This document shows, in pieces, positions 39,801-47,212 of a DNA stretch of 64,000 bases (position 1 is its first letter; each line of letters starts with the position of its first letter). The position numbers and the translations under genes were made by a program. The DNA comes from Bacteroidota bacterium (GTDB lineage Bacteria; Bacteroidota; Bacteroidia; Flavobacteriales_D; Crocinitomicaceae): NCBI GenBank assembly GCA_040387295.1, contig JAZKEB010000002.1, positions 140,802 through 204,801 on the forward strand, read 5' to 3'. The notes below the pieces were generated by a model. That model searched no databases, was not told the origin of the DNA, and was given only the letters and a program-made list of their open reading frames with translations.

Positions 39801-40176
39801 GAGTATGGGTTATGGAAAAAATGCGGAAGGACAATTCCAGCTGCGTTTCGGACCGTTGAATCAAACTCAGGGTTTCAAGCGATTGAACGTATTGCTCACG
39901 CGCGCCAAATCGAGCCTTCATTTTTACACATCCGTCAATGCTTCCGATTTCCCGATCAGTGCCAATGAATCAGTGAATTTATTGCGCCTTTTCCTGATTC
40001 AACTCGAGCAGCTGCAGGGCGAACAACAATTAGCCATTCCGTATAATCTGGAGATCAAAAAACAAACGGGTTCCACCGTTGAAATTGAGCACATTTATAC
40101 CCACATTTCCGATGCGCAGGAATTAGTCACCTTTCACAGAGTGATGACTGCAAGAGGCTGGAAAATAATCTATTAA
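36802..40176 (+). CDS. DUF4011-type superfamily-1 (Upf1-like, AAA_11/AAA_12) helicase
   Basis: IQGPPGTGKSQ (Walker A), VSEKRVALEV, VMDEASQ, GDEQQM, HYRS, VQGDEAD and RLNVLLTRAK; DUF4011-like PLVLTPL...NPF...GNF. Confidence 0.85.
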   Translation: MSEHHYDIAQFIIDLSEIPSSDPLVHVGEHEKGMIVLQDGLPEVRRFELNAAWNTILKTANQHKREADLQSLCWVSQQIHWEYKGKTVSSPLVLTPLNWKIAKGKQLVEIQAQTEQAFVNPFVVNQLIRAFDLKIAENESLSPQEWVETITQLIAEHSIPATFSDFSAIGNFHHHRYQVLRELELIAQAPELSELVSGILGNETNFPTEKTALSPAFLAPADTDQLRVFEQLETGNTVIQGPPGTGKSQVLTNLLGKLLVRDGMTLVVSEKRVALEVLVKKLADAGLDAFTFTAHSQALPKTFVTQLKNTWLALETDRKPVPPLLQLSEQLKASLQLLLDRLNSPTLIGGVSFQTFLELSASVDTDNASFQSDVPDIRLWLDEKQNVLQLQEQLGSFGILQGFKQALVTYPQPDQVFRQLSAEANWLIATFGIETIGELEALTKSVARIQLVTNESYHAYFELHRQPAKRKRFEKMRLRFTELSARLELVQTEVSLWNKPPTRTETLFWIEQLALKQSWFKRRNWFKQLKTALRQQQIDHQTALQNWLTYLDVQEELISIRTQLADWGIERPELELESAAYVLKQLEKEDLNELNTVAKLPFAQRQLISQNSERIQQIYNDIRRYFTVNETTSLNHFEQFNPAITEKLMGSLALLRSLPEVVYRLICSGKSLKELEATVVHSNRVLLESRFPELAKFDGEQLAHKLNEILETETGEFEQFALHIWQLRKQRFDEYTRLLRTPAAQLKGNDKALKAQLKAGKSILVKEFGKSKQHQTIRELLSGDARLWIQILSPIWLSTPGQVGKTFPMQRNLFDFVVMDEASQIQLPNALGALQRSKRVVVAGDEQQMAPSNYFSGSSVAIDLLHQASWYWKKVPLKHHYRSEHPALIAFSNRHFYNNELVAYPTAKATYPLHWKLVENGVYENRTNVEEAKAVAGFLEGFNWKKSIGIIAFSQQQLDCIWLHLSAKTQEYISEGMENNTVFFKPLEQVQGDEADTIVVSMGYGKNAEGQFQLRFGPLNQTQGFKRLNVLLTRAKSSLHFYTSVNASDFPISANESVNLLRLFLIQLEQLQGEQQLAIPYNLEIKKQTGSTVEIEHIYTHISDAQELVTFHRVMTARGWKIIY

Positions 40177-40282
40177 TTCGTCATTTAGGGTAACCAGAAT
40201 TGTGTTCTGGTGAAAAAATCCATCCCCTGATAAGGGTACATTTAATGAAATGTTTTACCTTCGTTCTTCATTAACTATACTT

Positions 40283-42427
40283 ATGAAAAAAATACTACTT
40301 ATCTCGTTGGTGTTTTTCGGCGTTTTGGCAGAAAATTCTAACGCTCACGCTCAGTTTCCCGCGGTTACACCAAAATTGTACGGCGCAAGTCCGTTTCAGG
40401 ATTCACTTTGGACAGTGGACACCACCAATTTCAGCATTATTGAACGCTTTGGACCAACGTTGGCAGGTTTTACCATTACTGGTATGAATGGTATGGCATT
40501 TGACCCTGAAACTTATCAGACGTACATCATTATGAAGGTTTCCGGTGTTTCAGGACGTGTTTTGGGAACCGTTGATCTTTCAACCGGTGTTTGTACACAA
40601 ATCGGGAACTTAGGCGATAACTTTTCGTCGATCACATTTGATGATAGCGGCCAATTATGGGGTGCTACAGGTGATGGTGCCACCGCACCCGAATCACTTT
40701 ACTTAATTGATAAAGCCACTGCCGCCAAGACGTTGATGTATGCAATGGGCAACGGTGCCGACGGAGAAGTCATTCTTTACAATCGCGCCGATGATCATAT
40801 GTATCACTGGTCGGGCAACGGAACCGTTGTTTTCGAAAAATGGCCACTTTCAAACGTATCATATACTCCTACAAACATTCCAACTTCAGGAACTGTCGGC
40901 GGTGAAACATTCGGTACGATGTATGTGTCTCCGAATTACATACTTGTATCCAATATTTCTTCTGCTTTCAACCGTGTGAGTCCTACAGGTACTTATGCTG
41001 GTCAATTCGGTTCAAACCCTGATGATTTACGTGGTGTGGTAATGCCACCGCAATTTGCAATCAGTGATCTAAGTGTTTGTTCAGGTTATGAAACCGTTTA
41101 TATCGGTGCCGGGGGCTTGCAATTATTCGATTCTATCGTTTACAACTGGGGAGACGGTGCTTCTGATGTTCAGGGAGTTGCAACTCCGGGCGGATCTCAC
41201 AATTATGCAGTTGCAGGTGATTATACCGTTTACATTGAAGTTGACAACGGTGTGCATCGCGATACAATCAAATCATTCAACGTTCACGTAGATGCTTCAC
41301 CGGTGGTTGTTTTATCAGGTGACACACATATTTGTTCAGGTGAACCTGCAACACTTACAGGAGCTGCCGATGTTGCCAACCAATGGTACATGGATGGCGT
41401 GTTACTTCCTTTGGAAACGTCTAATACAATTGTAACCGACACAGCGGGTGTTTACAACATGGTTGTGACAAATGCCGCAGGTTGTGCAGATTCTGCTGCT
41501 GTAGGTGTTTCACTTACGGATGCTGTAAATCCAACGGTATTTATCGGAAACGACCAGGCGGTTTGTGACGTTATCACATTGGACGCCGGTAATCCTTCTG
41601 CAACATATTTATGGAGTACATCTTCTACCAGTCAGTTTGAGAGCATAACAACTTCCGGAACGTATGATGTAACAGTTACGGATACCAATGGATGTAGCGC
41701 AAGCGACACAATTCAATTGATCGTAAATCAAAGCCCTATTTTCAGCTTGGGTAGCGACCAAAGTGATTGTGAAGAAGTTATACTTGAGCCTACAACTCCG
41801 GTTGTTGGTACTTACACCTGGTCTGACAACTCAAGTGGTTCTACATTAACAGTTGGTACTTCAGGAGCGTATGCCCTGACTATCCTTAGTCCTGACAACT
41901 GTTCATGGGTTGATTCAATAAATGTTACCATTTTCGGTTTGCCTTCGGTAACACTAAGCACTGCACCTGGTGTGATCTGTAACTACGATCCGGATGTTAC
42001 ATTGGTGGGGACTCCTGCAGGTGGAACATTCAGCGGACCTTCAGTAACCGGAAGTGCATTCGATCCTTCAATCGGTAACGGTAACCACGATGTATTTTAC
42101 GAATTTACCGACGGTAACGGCTGTACAGGTTTCGATACCTTAACACTTGTAGTTGACGGTTGTTTGGGTGTTGCTGAAAACACAGTAACTACGTTGATTG
42201 TTTACCCGAATCCTTCAACAGGTGAGTTTACACTGGATATTCCGGTAAACGGAGCAGTTGTTCAGGTAACTGACGTTTTCGGAAAATTGGTTTACAACAA
42301 CCGCTTCGAACAAAACGGTGTTTCGACCATTCAACTGGATGAAAACGCTAACGGAACATATTTCGTAACTCTTACAACACCTGAAGGTGCACGCTCGGTT
42401 GCACGTTTGGTATTGGCAGGAAAATAA
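40283..42427 (+). CDS. T9SS-secreted protein (beta-propeller plus PKD/Ig repeats)
   Basis: Signal peptide; YNWGDG PKD; LDAGNP...YLWST repeats; CTD VYPNPSTG...GTYFV. Confidence 0.8.
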   Translation: MKKILLISLVFFGVLAENSNAHAQFPAVTPKLYGASPFQDSLWTVDTTNFSIIERFGPTLAGFTITGMNGMAFDPETYQTYIIMKVSGVSGRVLGTVDLSTGVCTQIGNLGDNFSSITFDDSGQLWGATGDGATAPESLYLIDKATAAKTLMYAMGNGADGEVILYNRADDHMYHWSGNGTVVFEKWPLSNVSYTPTNIPTSGTVGGETFGTMYVSPNYILVSNISSAFNRVSPTGTYAGQFGSNPDDLRGVVMPPQFAISDLSVCSGYETVYIGAGGLQLFDSIVYNWGDGASDVQGVATPGGSHNYAVAGDYTVYIEVDNGVHRDTIKSFNVHVDASPVVVLSGDTHICSGEPATLTGAADVANQWYMDGVLLPLETSNTIVTDTAGVYNMVVTNAAGCADSAAVGVSLTDAVNPTVFIGNDQAVCDVITLDAGNPSATYLWSTSSTSQFESITTSGTYDVTVTDTNGCSASDTIQLIVNQSPIFSLGSDQSDCEEVILEPTTPVVGTYTWSDNSSGSTLTVGTSGAYALTILSPDNCSWVDSINVTIFGLPSVTLSTAPGVICNYDPDVTLVGTPAGGTFSGPSVTGSAFDPSIGNGNHDVFYEFTDGNGCTGFDTLTLVVDGCLGVAENTVTTLIVYPNPSTGEFTLDIPVNGAVVQVTDVFGKLVYNNRFEQNGVSTIQLDENANGTYFVTLTTPEGARSVARLVLAGK

Positions 42428-42446
42428 CGAATTAATAACTAATTGG

Positions 42447-42488
42447 AATCCCCCGTTTCATTGATTTGAATCGGGGGATTTTCTTTTA
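42447..42488 (+). terminator. Intrinsic terminator
   Basis: AATCCCCCG...CGGGGGATT followed by TTCTTTT. Confidence 0.7.
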
Positions 42489-42579
42489 CCCATTATTCAA
42501 TACCGTTTAATCAACAAACCGGTTAATTAGTTGATCGTCTTTCTTTTTTGAGTAAATTGTACGCATAAATTGCTAGAAC

Positions 42580-45171
42580 ATGCTACAAACTCTCCAACGG
42601 GCCGGTTTCTTATCGGTCTTCTTTTGCCTCTCCTTTTTTGGTATTTCCCAAACAAATTTATCAATCGTACAGCAGTACATCAGCCAACACGCTGCCGAAC
42701 TCGGCCTTCAAACAGATGGCAATACAACTGTTGAAATCATGTCGGAAGCACCGTCAAAATCGCCCGGTGTTACGCACGTGTATGTAAGACAATTAATCAA
42801 CGGCATTCCGGTAACAAACGGGCTGGCAACTGTTACACTGAAAAACGGGAACGTTGTATCCGTTGCCAACCGGTTAAAGAATATCAACGCTACCAATGTG
42901 GTTGCTCCGTCGTTAACAGCACAGAGCGCACTTGGAAAAGCGTTGGAACAATTAGGTATTACTACCAGCAAACCGATTCAGGTAGTGAAATCATCAGCCA
43001 ACAATGCAGAAGTTGTGTTGTCGAAAGGTGATTTTTCGCTCGAAAATGTACCTGGCAAACTGGTTTATTTAGCCGATGCAGCCGGAAATCTCCAATTGAC
43101 GTGGGACATGAGCATCGCGCTTAAAAACGGTGAACATTGGTGGAGTTTGAGAGTCGATGCGGCTACAGGAACCATTCTGGAGAAAAATGACTGGATCAGC
43201 CATTGCGCCTTCGATGATTGTTCCAATCCTGAACACCAGCACGAAACAACGCTTGCAACGCAACAATCGGTATTGATGCCTCCACCTCCGGGAGTAGACG
43301 AATATTTGGTCTATGCCCTTCCGATTGAAAGTCCGAATCACGGTGACCGATCATTGGTGATCAATCCGTCAGACGCAAATGCCTCGCCTTTTGGCTGGCA
43401 CGATGATAATGGTGTCGCCGGAGATGAATATACCATCACACGTGGTAACAATGTCTATGCATCCGATGATATTGACGATGATGATGTTCCTGGTTATTCA
43501 CCGGATGGGAGCGCATTGACCAGCTTTGATTTCCCGTATGATTCATTGACAGGAGTTCAGGGAAATCTGGATGCCGTGATCACCAACCTGTTCTACATGA
43601 ACAACATGATGCACGACGTTTGGTACCAATACGGTTTCGACGAACCTTCCGGAAATTTCCAATCCATGAATTATACAGGTGACGGATTGGGCGATGATGT
43701 GGTTTATGCCGATGCACAAGACGGAAGCGGTACCAATAATGCCAATTTCGGCACACCGCCTGAAGGTGAAAGTCCGCGTATGCAAATGTACTTGTGGACA
43801 GAAGCCAACGTTCCTGATTTATTGACGATCAACGATCCTTCTGGAATCGCGGGATCATACGTATCATCAACAGCAGGTTTCGGACCTCCGGTTCCGGCAA
43901 TCCCAATTACTGCCGATTTTGTATTGTTGGAAGACGGTACAGGTGATGTAACCGATGGTTGCGACCCGATTGTAAACGGTGCAGCCATGGCCGGCAAAAT
44001 TGTATTGGTTCGTCGTGGTGGTTGTACGTTTGCCAGCAAAGTAGAAGCCATTCAGGATTTCGGTGCATTAGCCGTGATTGTGATGAACAATACCGGCGGA
44101 CAACCTACAGCGATGGGCGGAAATTCAGCTACGGCTGCCATTCCGGCGATTATGGTTTCTCAAACCAACGGAAACCTGTTCCAAACAACGATTACCGGTG
44201 GAACTACTGTAAACGGGACCATTGTAGCTCCGAATGACTTAACGGCAACCGATTCCGATTTCGATAACATGATCATCGCTCACGAGTACGGACATGGTAT
44301 TTCAACCCGTTTGACCGGTGGCGCTGAAAACTCTGATTGTCTAAACAACGCAGATCAAATGGGCGAAGGCTGGTCGGATTGGTTCGGATTGATGCTGACG
44401 ATTGAACCTGGAGATGCAGCTGAAGACCGCAGAGGAGTTGGAACATACGTGAGTAATGAACCAATCACCGGAGACGGTATCCGACCTGCTCCTTACAGTA
44501 CTGATTTTTCCATCAACGGATTCACTTACGCAGCAACCAATAACACGAACGCTATTTCCGAACCACATGGAATCGGATTTGTATGGGCAACCGTGTTGTG
44601 GGACCTGAACTGGGCGTTGATTGACCAATACGGCTTTGATCCGGACGTAAAATACGGAACAGGCGGAAACAATATCGCCATGGCTTTGGTGATCGAAGGA
44701 TTGAAATTACAGCCTTGCGGACCAGGATCTGTGGACGGTAGAGATGCCATTCTACTAGCCGATGAATTGCTGTATGCTGGTGCGAATAAATGTTTGATTT
44801 GGGAAGTGTTTGCCAACAGAGGTTTGGGTTACAGTGCCGATCAGGGCGATGCAGATGATCGTACGGACCAGTCGGAGGCTTTTGATGTACACCCAAGCTG
44901 CTTGTCAAATGCCGGTATTGAGGAAAATACTGCTGATTTTGTATCGGTTTACCCGAATCCGGCGAAAGATGTCTTGTTTGTAGATTTGACCAAACGTGCT
45001 GATATCTCGCAACTACGTATCGTTGATGTTCAGGGGAAAGTATTAACCGAAATGGCTCATCTTTCACCATCTGTTATTAGTATCAACGTAAGCGGATTTA
45101 AGAATGGAATCTATTTCCTTGAATTGACAACTGTAGACGGCACAAAATCGATCCGTGTTGTAAAACATTAA
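42580..45171 (+). CDS. M36 fungalysin-family metallopeptidase (FTP/PepSY propeptide, PA domain, T9SS CTD)
   Basis: RGNNV, AQDGSGTNNANF, VRRGGCTFASK (PA domain), HEYGH...GEGWSD; CTD VYPNPA. Confidence 0.93.
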   Translation: MLQTLQRAGFLSVFFCLSFFGISQTNLSIVQQYISQHAAELGLQTDGNTTVEIMSEAPSKSPGVTHVYVRQLINGIPVTNGLATVTLKNGNVVSVANRLKNINATNVVAPSLTAQSALGKALEQLGITTSKPIQVVKSSANNAEVVLSKGDFSLENVPGKLVYLADAAGNLQLTWDMSIALKNGEHWWSLRVDAATGTILEKNDWISHCAFDDCSNPEHQHETTLATQQSVLMPPPPGVDEYLVYALPIESPNHGDRSLVINPSDANASPFGWHDDNGVAGDEYTITRGNNVYASDDIDDDDVPGYSPDGSALTSFDFPYDSLTGVQGNLDAVITNLFYMNNMMHDVWYQYGFDEPSGNFQSMNYTGDGLGDDVVYADAQDGSGTNNANFGTPPEGESPRMQMYLWTEANVPDLLTINDPSGIAGSYVSSTAGFGPPVPAIPITADFVLLEDGTGDVTDGCDPIVNGAAMAGKIVLVRRGGCTFASKVEAIQDFGALAVIVMNNTGGQPTAMGGNSATAAIPAIMVSQTNGNLFQTTITGGTTVNGTIVAPNDLTATDSDFDNMIIAHEYGHGISTRLTGGAENSDCLNNADQMGEGWSDWFGLMLTIEPGDAAEDRRGVGTYVSNEPITGDGIRPAPYSTDFSINGFTYAATNNTNAISEPHGIGFVWATVLWDLNWALIDQYGFDPDVKYGTGGNNIAMALVIEGLKLQPCGPGSVDGRDAILLADELLYAGANKCLIWEVFANRGLGYSADQGDADDRTDQSEAFDVHPSCLSNAGIEENTADFVSVYPNPAKDVLFVDLTKRADISQLRIVDVQGKVLTEMAHLSPSVISINVSGFKNGIYFLELTTVDGTKSIRVVKH

Positions 45172-45276
45172 ACCGGAATGGTGTTGCATTATTCTATTAA
45201 CTCATTTTTTGATTGTACGAGTGCTATCCCGCATTCGTACAATCATTTATCTAAGTAGCAACCAGATCACATTTAC

Positions 45277-45702
45277 ATGAAAAAACAACCTGCTGTTTAT
45301 CTGTTAAGCTGGATTGGAATCATTTTATATGTGATCAGTTTATTTCTTCCATATCGGGTAGAAGGTTCCTTTAGTAATAAGCATTATATTTCGGGAATTG
45401 AGTTTGGGTTTCCGTTGGCAAATCTTCTTTTGATTCTACCAATGACCCTGATCATACAACTTTCAAAGAAAACCGTTGGAAGAGCATGGAATTTAGCATT
45501 TGGAATACTCCATTTATTGTATTGCTTTTTTTGCTTTTTTGCATCGGTATTTTCTCTTTGGGCAAATGTTGAACCGGGCATTGGTGTATTCCTGCTTCAA
45601 TTAACAGGAATACTTTTTGTTATTGCTGTGAGTATTCATTTAAGTATGCCCGAGGAAAGAAGTGCTGCTAATCATGAATCAGATTTATTGGATGATTTTT
45701 AA
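45277..45702 (+). CDS. Small 4-TM membrane protein, paralogue of 46417-46830
   Basis: LYVISLFLPY...ISGIEF; four hydrophobic segments; tail SDLLDDF. Confidence 0.7.
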   Translation: MKKQPAVYLLSWIGIILYVISLFLPYRVEGSFSNKHYISGIEFGFPLANLLLILPMTLIIQLSKKTVGRAWNLAFGILHLLYCFFCFFASVFSLWANVEPGIGVFLLQLTGILFVIAVSIHLSMPEERSAANHESDLLDDF

Positions 45703-45741
45703 GAACATACATCTTCGTTAAGAGGAGAATTAATCATTGAC

Positions 45742-46392
45742 TTGAAAAAAAAATTAACGGTCGTATTCATCTTCGTCAGCGCAATGATGTTCGCTCAAAA
45801 ACGTTCTACCATTGCATTGACTTATGGAACTCATTTGTACGACAATTCGTTGCTCGGACAGGTCAACACACTTGATTCTTTTCAGATTGGACTTCCGACA
45901 CAACACATCGGTTTTGGGGGAAACGGTCATTTTGTGACCAACCAAAAAGTCGCCTTTGCCGGGCATTTTATCCTGGCAAAATACCTTCCGCAGCAAATCA
46001 GTCTGAACGATTCGACCAATGCCAAGCTGAGTGGTTCTTCGTTTGGTTTTGGCTACGGCTTTGATTGTTTAAACAAAGTGGAGAATTTTGATTTCATTCT
46101 TAGTGCCGGGCTCAATTTCGGGCGGATGAAAATCACTCAGGCCACTAATTCCACAACCGGTGAAAAAGTCGACCTAAGCGTGAAAAACATGTTTATTTCA
46201 CCCAAAGCTTCGGCTATGCTGATTTTCTATATAAAATCCATCAGTTTAAGTTTCAATGCCGAATACGGTTACGATATCTCTGCTTCGGGGTGGAAACGGA
46301 AAATCATTGGTGGTGAGGAAAGTTCGCTGGACCTTCCGTCTTATAATCAATCCGGGCTTGGGTTTAGCGTGGCATTGGGATGGGCATTTTGA
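45742..46392 (+). CDS. Outer-membrane beta-barrel hypothetical protein
   Basis: TTG start, signal peptide, terminal GFSVALGWAF beta-signal. Confidence 0.7.
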   Translation: MKKKLTVVFIFVSAMMFAQKRSTIALTYGTHLYDNSLLGQVNTLDSFQIGLPTQHIGFGGNGHFVTNQKVAFAGHFILAKYLPQQISLNDSTNAKLSGSSFGFGYGFDCLNKVENFDFILSAGLNFGRMKITQATNSTTGEKVDLSVKNMFISPKASAMLIFYIKSISLSFNAEYGYDISASGWKRKIIGGEESSLDLPSYNQSGLGFSVALGWAF

Positions 46393-46416
46393 TGTCAGAA
46401 AACAAAAAATGACGCG

Positions 46417-46830
46417 ATGACAAAACAAACTATTTTGAAAAACATCCTGTGGTTGCTGACATTTCTTTATCTGATCAGTCTTCTTTTACCCTATCAGACC
46501 ATGCATGGTGGTATTGACCGCATATCAGGATTCAATTTTATGATTCCTTTGGGAGGTTTGGTTTTCATCACACCGTATCTATTACTTGTTTATTTATCCA
46601 GGGAAACAAATGCACGGATCTGGAAAATTGTATTGGCAAGTATTCTTCTTCTCTATTCCGGAGCAACGTTTTTTATTGCTTCAATCGAAATACTTGCAGA
46701 GATAACTATCGGTGCAGGTGCTTACCTGTTTGTATTGGTTGGAATCGGTTTTTTTGTGATTTCACTTGTTCAAAACAAAATACCCGGAGACAAACAGAAT
46801 GATTCGCGTTTGTTGGATCAATTGCCGTGA
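46417..46830 (+). CDS. Small 4-TM membrane protein, paralogue of 45277-45702
   Basis: LYLISLLLPY...ISGFNF; tail SRLLDQLP. Confidence 0.7.
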   Translation: MTKQTILKNILWLLTFLYLISLLLPYQTMHGGIDRISGFNFMIPLGGLVFITPYLLLVYLSRETNARIWKIVLASILLLYSGATFFIASIEILAEITIGAGAYLFVLVGIGFFVISLVQNKIPGDKQNDSRLLDQLP

Positions 46831-46984
46831 TTTGCACGTACGAAATGGAATTGTTTGATTGGTGTCTTACCCATATGGGATAAAATTGGGCTCAAAATGA
46901 TTTTTCTACGGTATTTCGTCAACCTAAGACTGACGTCAATAGGAGTAAAAATCGATCACAGAAGTTAAATCCATTCGGTACCGA

Positions 46985-47210
46985 ATCCGCCATTTCTTAA
47001 CAGAAAGTATTGATGCGGACTAAGCGCCATTCTTGGAAGCGAAGCAAAGAAAATGGCGATTTCGTTGTGTTTTGTCAAAAGCGCTTGCGTTTCAGATCCT
47101 GATCTGCCACTTTTGACTTAAAAACACAGAAAGAGCCATTTTCGCGAGCGACTTTAGAATGGCGCCAATGCATTTTTGGTTACTTTTTTTGCATTGGAAA
47201 AAAGTAACAA
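46985..47210. repeat. Long nested-hairpin element ending in a TTACTTTTT-family palindrome
   Basis: 47024-47033 pairs with 47156-47165 and 47049-47057 pairs with 47135-47143; GTTACTTTTTT...AAAAAAGTAAC at 47179-47208, abutting the polA stop. Confidence 0.6.
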
Positions 47211-47212
47211 GA

